Shown in pieces: positions 50,370-60,683 of a DNA stretch of 64,000 nt. Positions within the stretch are counted from its first letter, which is position 1, and each line of letters begins with the position of its first letter. Below the pieces are notes generated by a model. That model saw only the letters and a program-made list of their open reading frames with translations, was not told where the DNA came from and did not search any database. The position numbers and the translations under genes were made by a program. Source of the stretch: Oxalobacteraceae bacterium (GTDB lineage: Bacteria; Pseudomonadota; Gammaproteobacteria; Burkholderiales; Burkholderiaceae_D); NCBI GenBank assembly GCA_021768485.1, contig JAIZVZ010000008.1:8736-72735 (forward strand), in the 5' to 3' direction.

Positions 50370-51011
50370 ATGGCTGACGACAAGGCAACCGACGATAAGG
50401 TAATTGGCGACAGGGCGCCCGGGTCGCCGCCGCCAGCGTCGAAAAATGCGACGCGCGGCCTGAATGGCAAGATGCTCGGCAAGCTGCTGGTGATTGCGGC
50501 ATTGATGTTTGGTTTCGGTTATGCCCTGGTTCCGATTTACAAGCAGATCTGTGAATTAACAGGCGTAAATGTGTTGACGCAAGCGGACGATACCGTGACG
50601 CGCGATCCGAACACGCAGGTCGACAAGAGCCGCACCATCACGGTCGAGTTCGACGCGAATGCGCGCGGGCCGTGGCGCTTCCGGCCCACCGTCGCCAGCT
50701 TGCAAGTGCATCCGGGCGAGATGGCGCAAGTGGTCTATGAAGTGGTCAATACCGAAGCGCGCAGCGTCAATGCGCAGGCGATACCGAGTTATGCGCCGAT
50801 GGAGGCGGGACAGTTTTTCAAGAAGCTCGAGTGCTTCTGTTTTCGGCAGCAGACGCTGGGACCGAACGAGGCGCGGCAAATGCCGGTCGTGTTCTTCATC
50901 GATCCGGCGCTGCCGAAAAACATCAGGCATCTGGTCTTGTCCTACACGTTTTTCGAAATTGCCGGCACGCCCGATGTCGCCAAACCGGCCGTACGGGCCA
51001 CGCCGACTTAG
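50370..51011 (+). CDS. ctaG: cytochrome c oxidase assembly protein CtaG/Cox11
   Basis: 213 aa. N-terminal transmembrane segment and the CFCF copper motif (KLECFCFRQQ). Confidence 0.9.
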   Translation: MADDKATDDKVIGDRAPGSPPPASKNATRGLNGKMLGKLLVIAALMFGFGYALVPIYKQICELTGVNVLTQADDTVTRDPNTQVDKSRTITVEFDANARGPWRFRPTVASLQVHPGEMAQVVYEVVNTEARSVNAQAIPSYAPMEAGQFFKKLECFCFRQQTLGPNEARQMPVVFFIDPALPKNIRHLVLSYTFFEIAGTPDVAKPAVRATPT

Positions 51012-51022
51012 GGGAGAAAGCG

Positions 51023-51250
51023 ATGTCCGAGCATAAAAGTGAGCCGCAGCTGGCGGTAACGCGGCGCAAGCTCTCGTTCGCCGCGACGATGAAGGCGGTG
51101 CTGTGGTCGTTCATCGGCATTCGCAAGCGCAGCGATTACGAACGCGATGCGGCCCAGCTCAATCCGCTGCACATCGTGATTGCCGCCATCCTCGGCGTCC
51201 TGGGGCTGATTGCGATACTGATCACGATCGTCAAGAGCGTGGTCGGCTGA
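51023..51250 (+). CDS. small membrane protein, DUF2970-like
   Basis: 75 aa. FAATMKAVLWSFIGIRK plus a C-terminal transmembrane segment. GGGGAG lies upstream of the ATG at 51023. Confidence 0.55.
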   Translation: MSEHKSEPQLAVTRRKLSFAATMKAVLWSFIGIRKRSDYERDAAQLNPLHIVIAAILGVLGLIAILITIVKSVVG

Positions 51251-51355
51251 ATGTTGATTCGGTGTCGACGCGGTGTCGCCCCGGTGCTGATGTCTTTAAA
51301 TGAAATCTGAAGCGGCGCCTGCCGTTTTGCTATACCTGCGATCTGGGAGATGAAG

Positions 51356-52216
51356 ATGAGTTCACGTGCTGGCAATGCCCCGTATTACTTCGTGCCGGGG
51401 CCGTCGAAATGGCCATTTCTGTGCGGCGCCTCGTTGCTGCTGACGATGGCCGGCGCGACCGCCTGGGTCAACGACCTGGCCTGGGGGCCGGCCGTCAACC
51501 TGGTCGGCATCGTGTGCGTGGTGGCGGTGCTCTACCGCTGGTTCGGCGACGCCATCGGCGAGTCCGAAGCGGGTCAGTATAGCGCCCGCATCGATGTCTC
51601 TTATCGCTGGAGCATGAGCTGGTTCATTTTTTCGGAAGTGATGTTTTTCGCGGCGTTTTTCGGCGCCCTGTTTTATGCGCGCAGCGTGAGCATGCCGTGG
51701 CTGGGCGACCTCGACAACAAGATATTGTGGCCCGATTTTTCTGCGCACTGGGGCAATACCGGTCCGGCCGGCACGGTCGAGAGCTTTAGCACCATGGGGC
51801 CATTTCCTATCCCGACCCTCAATACCGCCTTGCTGCTGACCTCGGGCGTGACGCTGACCTTGTCGCATCATGCGCTGCGTGCCGGCCACCGCGCCAGGAC
51901 GGCGGCCTGGCTGCTGGCGACGATTGTGCTGGGCGCGACCTTCATGGGTTTTCAAGTCTATGAATACATGCACGCCTATAGCGAGCTGAACTTGAAGCTG
52001 ACTTCGGGCATTTACGGTTCGACCTTTTTCATGCTGACCGGCTTTCACGGCTTTCACGTCACGATGGGGGCGATCATGCTGTCGGTGGTGCTGTACCGCG
52101 TCTTGAAAGGGCACTTTACGCCCGAGCATCACTTCGCCTTCGAAGGCGCCGCCTGGTACTGGCATTTTGTCGATGTCGTCTGGCTCGGCTTGTACGTCGT
52201 CGTCTATTGGCTGTAG
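51356..52216 (+). CDS. coxC: cytochrome c oxidase subunit III
   Basis: YYFVPGPSKWP, TGFHGFHVTMG, WYWHFVDVVWL. The ATG at 51356 is better spaced from GGGAG than the ATG at 51350. Confidence 0.92.
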   Translation: MSSRAGNAPYYFVPGPSKWPFLCGASLLLTMAGATAWVNDLAWGPAVNLVGIVCVVAVLYRWFGDAIGESEAGQYSARIDVSYRWSMSWFIFSEVMFFAAFFGALFYARSVSMPWLGDLDNKILWPDFSAHWGNTGPAGTVESFSTMGPFPIPTLNTALLLTSGVTLTLSHHALRAGHRARTAAWLLATIVLGATFMGFQVYEYMHAYSELNLKLTSGIYGSTFFMLTGFHGFHVTMGAIMLSVVLYRVLKGHFTPEHHFAFEGAAWYWHFVDVVWLGLYVVVYWL

Positions 52217-52262
52217 TTGCAGCCGCCGCTGGCGCTCCGCCCGGGCGCCTGCGGCCCGCCGG

Positions 52263-52463
52263 CTAGCGCAGCCCGGTCGGCGTGATCCAGCCCATCTTGT
52301 ATGACAGCAGCAAGAGCAGGAACAGGCAGATCGACAGGCCCACCCGCAGCGCCAGCGCATTGACGGTGCGGTTGCTGCGCCCCTTGTCGCGCATCAGGAA
52401 AAACAGGGCAAAGCCCAGACTGCCGAGAATAAAAATGAAACCGGTGGCAACAAAAATTTTCAT
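52263..52463 (-). CDS. twin transmembrane helix small protein (DUF2909-like)
   Basis: 66 aa, two hydrophobic helices: MKIFVATGFIFILGSLGFALFFL...LSICLFLLLLLSY. Confidence 0.55.
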   Translation of the reverse strand: MKIFVATGFIFILGSLGFALFFLMRDKGRSNRTVNALALRVGLSICLFLLLLLSYKMGWITPTGLR

Positions 52464-52578
52464 CGATGATCCGCGGTAAAATGGTGTGCACAGAGATGCC
52501 CGCGCGTGCTGCGCATGCGTGTTTGTGTGTACAGACGCCTGCTCATGCCTGCCCACTTTCGATCGTCATTCTATTGTA

Positions 52579-53376
52579 ATGCCAATTTTGCATCGACTAC
52601 AGCTTCGCGGCCGTCCCATCCCTCTGATTGCGACCCTGATCGCGGTCGCCATCGGTATCTCTCTGGGCAACTGGCAAACCGGGCGGGCCCGCGAAAAAAT
52701 TGCGCTTGAACAACGACTTGCCAGCCGTCAGCTGCAGCCGCCCGTGCTGCTCGACGACGCCGCGGCGCTGGCCTGGCCGGTCGAGGCCATCGAGTTTCGC
52801 CAGGTGCGGGCGCAGGGCCGTTTTCTGGCCGACTGGCCCGTCTATCTCGATAACCGCCCGCATGACGGCAAGGCCGGTTTTTATCTGTTGATGCCGTTCC
52901 AGCTGACGCACTCGCGGCGCGTGGTGTGGGTGGCGCGCGGCTGGCTGGCGCGCGACGCGCTCGACCGCACGCAAGAGCCCGCCTACGCCACCCCGCTGGG
53001 CGAGACCACGATCGCAGGCCTGGCGGTGGCCAGCCCCGGCCATGTGCTGCAACTGGGCGCGGCATCGCCGGTGCGGCCGCATGCCATGTTGCAAAACGCC
53101 GATCTGGCGGCCTTGAACCAGGCCCTGCAACGACCGGCGTTCGCGTTTTTTGTCGAGCAGACCGATGCCGGCGGCGCCATCGCCACCGCTGCGGGGCGCG
53201 CCGCACCGCGCATTGTTGCGCCGGCCGATGGCCTGGTGCGCGACTGGCCCAAGCCCTCGCTGGGTGTTGACAAGCATCGCGGCTATGCTTTGCAGTGGTA
53301 TGGTCTGGCTTTGACGGCCTTTTTATTTTTTATCGTCAGCGGCTTTCGGCGCAGCGCGGCCAGGCCCGAACACTAA
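52579..53376 (+). CDS. SURF1 family cytochrome oxidase biogenesis protein
   Basis: LGNWQTGRAREK, GFYLLMPF, HRGYALQWYGLA. I chose the ATG at 52579. Confidence 0.85.
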   Translation: MPILHRLQLRGRPIPLIATLIAVAIGISLGNWQTGRAREKIALEQRLASRQLQPPVLLDDAAALAWPVEAIEFRQVRAQGRFLADWPVYLDNRPHDGKAGFYLLMPFQLTHSRRVVWVARGWLARDALDRTQEPAYATPLGETTIAGLAVASPGHVLQLGAASPVRPHAMLQNADLAALNQALQRPAFAFFVEQTDAGGAIATAAGRAAPRIVAPADGLVRDWPKPSLGVDKHRGYALQWYGLALTAFLFFIVSGFRRSAARPEH

Positions 53377-53392
53377 GATATACCGGGACAAT

Positions 53393-54043
53393 ATGATGCA
53401 AGAGACCTTGGCGACTGTCGCCCCCAAGCCGTCCGCGGCAACGACGCGGCAGCGCGGCCGCTGGAAATTGCTGCTGGTGCTGGCCATTTGCGCCGCGCCT
53501 TTGCTGGCGTCTTACTTCATGTATTACGTCGTCAAGCCGGGCGGGCGCACCAATTACGGGGTCCTGATCGATCCGCGTTTGCATCCGATGCCGGGACTGG
53601 CGGCCAGCACCCTCGACGGTGCGCCGGCCAGCCTCGCCGCCTACAAGGGCAAATGGCTGATGCTGGTGGTCGACAGCGGCCAGTGCGCCGACGCCTGCCG
53701 TAAAAAATTGTTTGCCATGCGACAGCTGCGACTGATGCAGGGCAAGGAGATGGAGCGCATCGAGCGTCTGTGGCTCATTGACGACGGCGTTGAACCCGCA
53801 CCGGCGCTGCTGCGCCAATTCGAGGGCATGCGGGTGTTGCGGGTGGCGGCCGGGCCGGGTTCACAGAGTGGCTCTGGCGCGCTGCGCAACTGGCTGCCGG
53901 CCGATGCCGGCAGCAGCATCGACAAGCATCTGTATCTGATCGATCCGCTCGGTAATCTGATGATGCGTTTTCCGAAAGATGCCGATCCGGCCAAGGTCAA
54001 GAAAGACCTGGCAAAATTATTATATGCCTCAGCCATAGGATAA
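53393..54043 (+). CDS. membrane-anchored hypothetical protein, possibly a thioredoxin/SCO-like fold (CxxxC)
   Basis: N-terminal transmembrane segment, WLMLVVDSGQCADACRKKLF. It sits between SURF1 and ctaA. Confidence 0.45.
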   Translation: MMQETLATVAPKPSAATTRQRGRWKLLLVLAICAAPLLASYFMYYVVKPGGRTNYGVLIDPRLHPMPGLAASTLDGAPASLAAYKGKWLMLVVDSGQCADACRKKLFAMRQLRLMQGKEMERIERLWLIDDGVEPAPALLRQFEGMRVLRVAAGPGSQSGSGALRNWLPADAGSSIDKHLYLIDPLGNLMMRFPKDADPAKVKKDLAKLLYASAIG

Positions 54044-54047
54044 AACC

Positions 54048-55217
54048 ATGTTGATCAAACTGGCAGTGACAGGTTTGCTCGTTGCGTTGTTGCCCTTGAG
54101 TATGGTGTGGGTCTCGCGCGATGCCGATAAATATCGCAAGCTCGTATTGGTGACGGCGTTTCTGACGTTCGATCTGATCGTGTTCGGCGCCTTTACGCGC
54201 CTGACCGATTCCGGCCTTGGTTGTCCGGACTGGCCCGGCTGCTTTGCCGAAGCCAATCCTTTTCTGGCGCACAGTGCGATTCGCAGTGCCGAATCGCTGC
54301 TGCCGGGCGGGCCGGTGACCGTCTTGAAAGCCTGGATCGAAATGATTCATCGCTATGTCGCGATGGCGATCGGAGTCTTGATCATCGCCATCATGGCCCA
54401 GAGCTGGCGCAACTGGCGCCGGCCGCAGCGCCAGTTGCAGCGCCAGTTGCAGCCGTTGCGCCAGGCCGCTTTTGCGCCGGCCTTGCCGACCGTGTTGTTT
54501 TTGTTTGTCTGCCTGCAGGGCGCGTTCGGCGCCTGGACGGTGACGGAAAAGCTGCAGCCGGCCATCGTCAGCATCCATCTTTTGCTGGGCATGGGCTTGC
54601 TGGCCTTGCTGACCTGGCTTGCCTGCCAGACCGCGCCGCCCGCGGTGCCGGCGGTCCATGGCGCGGCCGGCCCGCTGCGCGCACTGGCGCTGGCGTCGGC
54701 CGTGCTGTTGCTGGTGCAGATAGGCCTGGGCGCGTGGGTCAGTACCAATTATGCGGCGCTGGCCTGCCAGCAATACCCGCTGTGTAATGGCGTGTTGTTG
54801 CCGGAAATGGATTTCAGGCATGGCTTCACCGTGACGCGCGAACTGGGCAAGACGGCCCAGGGCCAGTATGTGCCGTTCGCGGCGCTGGTGGCCATTCACT
54901 GGGTGCATCGCAATGTCGCCATCGTCTTGTCTGTGGTGCTCGGCTGGGCGGCGCTGGCAGCCTTGCGGGCGCCGCCTGAGGCTGCGCTGGCGCCGACTGC
55001 GCGCCGGATCTTGTTCGTGCTTGGCTTGCAATGGCTGACCGGGCTGGCGTCGATTTTTTTCGACTGGCCGCTGGCGGTGGCGGTGGCGCACAATGCGGGA
55101 GCGGCCGCGCTGACGTTTTTGCTGACCATGTTAAACTACAAAACGGCTGCTGCGACCACGGTATTTTTCGATCCGCGCAGCCGGCGCGGGCCGGCGCTGG
55201 CCGAAGGGGGGCGATAG
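54048..55217 (+). CDS. ctaA: heme A synthase (COX15/CtaA family)
   Basis: 389 aa. FTRLTDSGLGCPDWPGC and HRYVAM, eight transmembrane segments. Confidence 0.88.
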   Translation: MLIKLAVTGLLVALLPLSMVWVSRDADKYRKLVLVTAFLTFDLIVFGAFTRLTDSGLGCPDWPGCFAEANPFLAHSAIRSAESLLPGGPVTVLKAWIEMIHRYVAMAIGVLIIAIMAQSWRNWRRPQRQLQRQLQPLRQAAFAPALPTVLFLFVCLQGAFGAWTVTEKLQPAIVSIHLLLGMGLLALLTWLACQTAPPAVPAVHGAAGPLRALALASAVLLLVQIGLGAWVSTNYAALACQQYPLCNGVLLPEMDFRHGFTVTRELGKTAQGQYVPFAALVAIHWVHRNVAIVLSVVLGWAALAALRAPPEAALAPTARRILFVLGLQWLTGLASIFFDWPLAVAVAHNAGAAALTFLLTMLNYKTAAATTVFFDPRSRRGPALAEGGR

Positions 55218-55323
55218 TGGCCGTTCATGGTTTGTCCATGATGCGCTCATGACTGCCGCCATCGGCGCCGCTGATGCCTGCCCGGTTTTTTCATTCGTCC
55301 CTGTAAAATAAGCAGACCTTTCC

Positions 55324-56247
55324 ATGACCATCGCCTCCGAATCCGAGCCGCATAGCAAGCCCGCCAAGCCGGCCATGGTCGCTGGACGCCGTAGCAACCA
55401 GTACTGGGCCCTGACCAAGCCGCGGGTGACCCAGCTGGCCGTGTTTTGCGCCCTGATCGGCATGCTGCTGGCCTCGCCCGAGCTGCCCTCGTGGCGCGTG
55501 GTGCTGCCGGCCACGGCCGGCATCTGGCTGCTGGCCGGCGCCGCCTTTGCCGTCAACTGCCTGGTCGAGCGTGAAATCGACGCCCGCATGGCGCGCACCG
55601 CGCGCCGGCCGATGGCCTTGGGCGAGCTGAGCGTGACGCAGACGCTGTTGTTTTCGGCGCTGATCGGCGCCCTCGGCATGGCGATCCTGTATTTCTTCGT
55701 CAATGCGCTGACCATGTGGCTGACCCTGGTCACCTTCGTCGGCTACGCCGTCATCTACACCATGATATTGAAACCGGCGACGCCGCAAAACATCGTCATC
55801 GGCGGCCTGTCGGGCGCCATGCCGCCGGCGCTCGGCTGGGCGGCGGTGGCCAACGATGTGCCGATGCAGGCCTGGCTGCTGGTGCTGATCATCTTTGTCT
55901 GGACGCCGCCGCATTTCTGGGCGCTGGCCATGTACCGGCGCGACGATTATGCGCGTTCGGGCCTGCCGATGCTGCCGATCACGCACGGCCTGAAATTCAC
56001 GCAGTTTCATATCCTGCTGTACTCGATCGCCCTGGCGGCAACCACCATGCTGCCTTACGCGGTGGCGATGAGCGGCCTCATTTATGTCGCCTGCGCGCTG
56101 CTGCTCGACGCGCTGTTCATCTGGCATGCGTGGCAAATCTACCGCCGCTACAGCGACCAGGTGGCGCGCAAGGCGTTTACTTTTTCCATCGTCTATCTGG
56201 CGCTGCTGTTTGCGGCGCTGCTGGTCGATCACTATCTGCCATTTTGA
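55324..56247 (+). CDS. cyoE: protoheme IX farnesyltransferase (heme O synthase)
   Basis: [34 protein letters not shown]. Confidence 0.93.
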   Translation: MTIASESEPHSKPAKPAMVAGRRSNQYWALTKPRVTQLAVFCALIGMLLASPELPSWRVVLPATAGIWLLAGAAFAVNCLVEREIDARMARTARRPMALGELSVTQTLLFSALIGALGMAILYFFVNALTMWLTLVTFVGYAVIYTMILKPATPQNIVIGGLSGAMPPALGWAAVANDVPMQAWLLVLIIFVWTPPHFWALAMYRRDDYARSGLPMLPITHGLKFTQFHILLYSIALAATTMLPYAVAMSGLIYVACALLLDALFIWHAWQIYRRYSDQVARKAFTFSIVYLALLFAALLVDHYLPF

Positions 56248-56249
56248 GG

Positions 56250-56837
56250 ATGTCCATGACTTGTTTGCGCACCTGGCTGGCCGTGCTGGCGCTGGCTTTG
56301 CTGGCGGCTTGCGGCAAGGCGCCGCCCGATTTCAGGAATACCGATCTGACCGGCGCCGACTATGCCGCCAATTTTGCGCTGACCGACTATAACGGCCGCG
56401 CGCGCACGCTGGCCGATTTCAAGGGCAAGGTCGTGGTGGTGTTCTTCGGCTATACGCAATGCCCCGATGTCTGCCCGACCACCATGGTCGAGATGGCAAA
56501 TGTGATGAAGCAGCTCGGGCCGCAGGCCGATCAGGTGCAAGTGCTGTTCGTCACGCTCGACCCCGAGCGCGACAAGCCGCAAATGCTGGCGCAATACGTG
56601 CCGACCTTCGACCGCCGTTTTCTCGGCTTGTACGGCGATCTGGCGGCAACGGCCAAAGTGGCCAGGGACTTCAAGGTGTTTTACCGCAAAGTGCCGGGCA
56701 GTACGCCCGACAGCTATACGATCGACCATACCGCCGGCAGTTATGTCTTCGACCGCAGCGGTCATCTGCGCCTGTTTTTGCGCCACGGCCAGGGCCTCGA
56801 GCCCATCGTCCACGATTTGAAATTGCTGCTGTCCTGA
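56250..56837 (+). CDS. SCO1/SenC family copper chaperone
   Basis: Lipoprotein-type signal LLAACG and copper motif FGYTQCPDVCP...DHT. The upstream part of the long ORF overlaps cyoE in another frame. Confidence 0.9.
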   Translation: MSMTCLRTWLAVLALALLAACGKAPPDFRNTDLTGADYAANFALTDYNGRARTLADFKGKVVVVFFGYTQCPDVCPTTMVEMANVMKQLGPQADQVQVLFVTLDPERDKPQMLAQYVPTFDRRFLGLYGDLAATAKVARDFKVFYRKVPGSTPDSYTIDHTAGSYVFDRSGHLRLFLRHGQGLEPIVHDLKLLLS

Positions 56838-56851
56838 TTGCGCTTGCGCGC

Positions 56852-57541
56852 CTACAGCTTTTCGTAGACGTCGGCGATGCGCTCGCCATCCCACAAATAA
56901 AGTAACTGGCTGGCATGCCGGCAATTCGCGAGCAGCCGTGGCTTGAAGGCGGCCACGCATTCGCCCGGCGTTTCGCGGCTTGTCTCGCGCACGCTCAGAT
57001 AAACGATGCCGGCCGCGCCGCGTTCGCGCAGCCGGCGCGCATAGGCTTGCGAGGCGGCGTAATTGTCGGGCGCCAGAATGGCGTCGTGCGGCGCCAGCGC
57101 GCGCGCATCGACCACGGCGCCGGCGACTTCGACGTGATACAGGCGCATGTCGAGCGTGATCGGCGCCTCGTTGGTGGCGCGCAAAAAGCGCGCGCTGTGG
57201 TAACGCGTCTCGGCAATCGCCGTCGATTTTTCGCGGGCCGCATAAAACACGCCGTAACTGCCGTCGGAAAAGCGGCTGCCCTCGGCATTGAGATGGGTAA
57301 AGGCGGCCATGATGGGACCGCTGCCGGGGCCGTAGCAGCGTTCTTCGGGCGCGACCAGCGCGATTTCGCCGAGTTCGTCGCGGATGCGTGCATTGGTCAT
57401 CGCTTCGAGCGCATACAGGGCGTCGAAGTCGGCGGCAGCGGCGATGCGGTCGAATAAATTGACCGTTGGAAAACGGCTCGGAATGATGCGGCAGGCCGGA
57501 TGCCAGCCGATGATCGATTGCTCAGGATGCATGGACTGCAT
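56852..57541 (-). CDS. RES domain toxin (RES-Xre type II TA; NAD+-degrading family)
   Basis: 229 aa. It has R (GSRFSDGSYGVFY), E (TAIAETRYH) and S (IVYLSVRE) in the order expected for RES. Confidence 0.85.
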   Translation of the reverse strand: MQSMHPEQSIIGWHPACRIIPSRFPTVNLFDRIAAAADFDALYALEAMTNARIRDELGEIALVAPEERCYGPGSGPIMAAFTHLNAEGSRFSDGSYGVFYAAREKSTAIAETRYHSARFLRATNEAPITLDMRLYHVEVAGAVVDARALAPHDAILAPDNYAASQAYARRLRERGAAGIVYLSVRETSRETPGECVAAFKPRLLANCRHASQLLYLWDGERIADVYEKL

Positions 57542-57553
57542 GTGCGCTCGCGC

Positions 57554-57979
57554 CTAGGCCCAGCCGCCGCGTGCGGCATCGAGATACTGGCGCACCACGT
57601 ACAGGTCGGCGACATTGCCGGACAACATGCGGCTCAGTGCGCTGCGGCCCTGAAATAGCGGCGCCGCATTCGGTCTTTTGATCCAGCCGTCGGCCGCCTT
57701 TGGCTCCGGTAATAAAATCGCCAGCGCCTTGTAAATGCCGAGCAGATAAGAGATGCGTTCGAGCGTGTCGCGGCTTAGCTGGGCGCTGTCGGGGTCTTTT
57801 TTCCAGCGGAAATAGCTGGAGCGGCCCGGATTGCCGAGCAGCGTCAGTTTTTCCGCCGGGCTCAATTGCCACAGCGTGGCGATTTGCTCGAAGGCGCGCA
57901 GCGCCGGCCCCGACAGATTGGCAGTCGGCGCAGGAGGCCGCTTATCGGCGGCGAGATGGATGTGGCGCGCAGCATGCAT
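57554..57979 (-). CDS. Xre/MbcA/ParS-like antitoxin (DUF2384 C-terminal domain)
   Basis: 141 aa. LSPAEKLTLLG HTH-like region, WIKRPNAAPLFQGRSALSRM. Its stop lies 12 nt upstream of the RES gene. Confidence 0.8.
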   Translation of the reverse strand: MHAARHIHLAADKRPPAPTANLSGPALRAFEQIATLWQLSPAEKLTLLGNPGRSSYFRWKKDPDSAQLSRDTLERISYLLGIYKALAILLPEPKAADGWIKRPNAAPLFQGRSALSRMLSGNVADLYVVRQYLDAARGGWA

Positions 57980-58013
57980 GAGGGGCTCTCAATTGGGATC
58001 CATGCAAATAGAT

Positions 58014-58031
58014 TAGTCCATTATGGGACTA
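58014..58031. promoter_or_regulatory. inverted repeat, candidate operator upstream of the Xre-RES operon
   Basis: TAGTCC-ATTATG-GGACTA, 35-52 nt upstream of the antitoxin start. Confidence 0.3.
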
Positions 58032-58111
58032 TTTACAAAAATATTCCAATCTCGCCTGAGCGATCCGGCGCGCAGCAGGGCCGTGCCGTGGAATTGCAAT
58101 TATCACAATAA

Positions 58112-59155
<1,044 letters not shown>

Positions 59156-59191
59156 ACTGCCGCGGCATTGCAGTTCATCTACGCATGAAAA

Positions 59192-59227
59192 AAGCCGCCC
59201 GGCGCATGCCTGGCGGCTTTCTCTTTG
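59192..59227. terminator. bidirectional terminator between the aldo/keto reductase gene (+) and rpoH (-)
   Basis: AAAAAA, then AAGCCGCC (59192-59199), a 12-nt loop, GGCGGCTT (59212-59219), then TCTCTTT. Confidence 0.55.
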
Positions 59228-59281
59228 ATCGCATGGGCGCGGGCATTACGCTCACGTGCGAGGTTCGCTGATTGCGCCAGC

Positions 59282-60181
59282 TTACATATACTCGACCAGC
59301 GCGCCCTTCATTTTCTTCAGCGCCGCGGTCTCGATCTGGCGAATGCGCTCGGCCGATACGCCGAACTCGTCGGCCAGCGTGTGCAGCGTGGCGCCGGAGC
59401 CGTCGTCATTGGCCAGCCAGCGCGCCTCGACGATGCGGCGCGAGCGCGCATCGAGTTTGCCGAGCGCGTTTTCGAGGCCTTCCGAGTGCAGGCGCGTCAC
59501 TTGCTGCGCCTCGATGACCTTGGTCGGTTCGCTCAAGTCCGACGACAGATAGGCGATCGGCGCAAATTTGTCGTCTTCGTCATCGGTCGGCGCTTCCAGC
59601 GCGATATCGCGGCCGCTCAGGCGGGTTTCCATCTCGATCACTTCTTCGCGCTTGACGTTGAGCGTCTTGGCCAGGGCATCGATTTGCTTGGGTGTCATCG
59701 CATCGAGACCGGCTTTATGGCTGCGCAAGTTGAAAAACAGTTTGCGTTGGGCCTTGGTCGTGGCGACCTTTACCAGGCGCCAGTTTTTCAAGATGTATTC
59801 ATGCATCTCGGCCTTGATCCAGTGCATCGCATACGATACCAGGCGCACGCCTTGATCGGGATCGAAGCGTTTGACGGCCTTCATCAGGCCGATATTGCCT
59901 TCTTGAATCAGGTCAGCATGCGGCAAGCCATAACCGAGATAGCCGCGCGCGATCGACACCACCAGGCGCAGGTGCGACAGCACGAGCTCCTGGGCGGCGC
60001 CCAGGTCATTATTGTTGCGCAAGCGCGTGGCCAGCGACACTTCTTCTTCATGGCTCAACATCGGCAGCCGGTTGACGGCCGAAATATAGGCGTCCAGATT
60101 GCCCAGGTTGCCGCTGAAGCCCAGGCCTAAGGCCGTGTTGTTGGTAGGAACCATTACCGACGGTGCGGATGCCAGATTCAT
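59282..60181 (-). CDS. rpoH: RNA polymerase sigma-32 factor
   Basis: 299 aa. The RpoB-box region QRKLFFNLR, sigma-70 region 2 (DLIQEGNIGLMKAVKRFD) and region 4. AAGGAG lies upstream. Confidence 0.95.
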   Translation of the reverse strand: MNLASAPSVMVPTNNTALGLGFSGNLGNLDAYISAVNRLPMLSHEEEVSLATRLRNNNDLGAAQELVLSHLRLVVSIARGYLGYGLPHADLIQEGNIGLMKAVKRFDPDQGVRLVSYAMHWIKAEMHEYILKNWRLVKVATTKAQRKLFFNLRSHKAGLDAMTPKQIDALAKTLNVKREEVIEMETRLSGRDIALEAPTDDEDDKFAPIAYLSSDLSEPTKVIEAQQVTRLHSEGLENALGKLDARSRRIVEARWLANDDGSGATLHTLADEFGVSAERIRQIETAALKKMKGALVEYM

Positions 60182-60600
60182 TTAATCTCCTTGGAGCCGA
60201 TTACTAAAATGTCCCGCTTGCGCCGGGTCGTGCGGGCTATGCGCCGCGGCCAATCACGCCGACAAGACAGGACAAAATGCGATTGCAGACTGCTTTACTG
60301 TATGGATAATATATTAGCACTCTCCGTACTTGAGTGCCAATATCCGTAACTATCGCTTACATAGATATTTGTTATCACTATGTAGCGTTCTTTTTTCATC
60401 GGGCCTTCTCTTCACTTTGATATGGAAATCTTACTCGGCTCTGTGCAAAATCAAATAGAGGTGAAATGCTGAGTGAAAAAGCGGGAATTTAATGCAATAA
60501 ATGCAATTAAATGTGTAAAAAACACAGTGCTTCCGCGTTGGTGCCGGCCCGACAGAAGCCTACTTTGCCCGATAATATGCGGCAATTCTGTTCGCCAACG

Positions 60601-60631
60601 TACAAAACAGGCTTGAACGGCCTGTTTTGTA
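60601..60631 (-). terminator. hairpin terminator downstream of ftsX
   Basis: TACAAAACAGGC-ttgaacg-GCCTGTTTTGTA. On the minus strand, the GC core of the stem is followed by TTTTGT. Confidence 0.5.
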
Positions 60632-60683
60632 TATTGCTAAAGGGAAAGAGTGGGGCGGGGCCGGGCGCCCCGCCGCATGGATG

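Noticed and set aside
50189-50482. 97-aa minus-strand ORF between coxA and ctaG
   Set aside because: It overlaps the ctaG start. The plus strand has a better-fitting 38-aa transmembrane ORF in the position expected for a small assembly protein.
55716-56249. 178-aa N-terminal extension of the SCO ORF
   Set aside because: It overlaps cyoE in another frame. The SCO signal peptide and lipobox begin at the ATG at 56250.
60651-60680. GC-rich hairpin (GGCGGGGC-N5-GCCCCGCC) just after the ftsX stop, considered as a terminator
   Set aside because: No U-run follows it on the transcribed strand. The hairpin at 60601-60631 with the TTTTGT tail is the better candidate.
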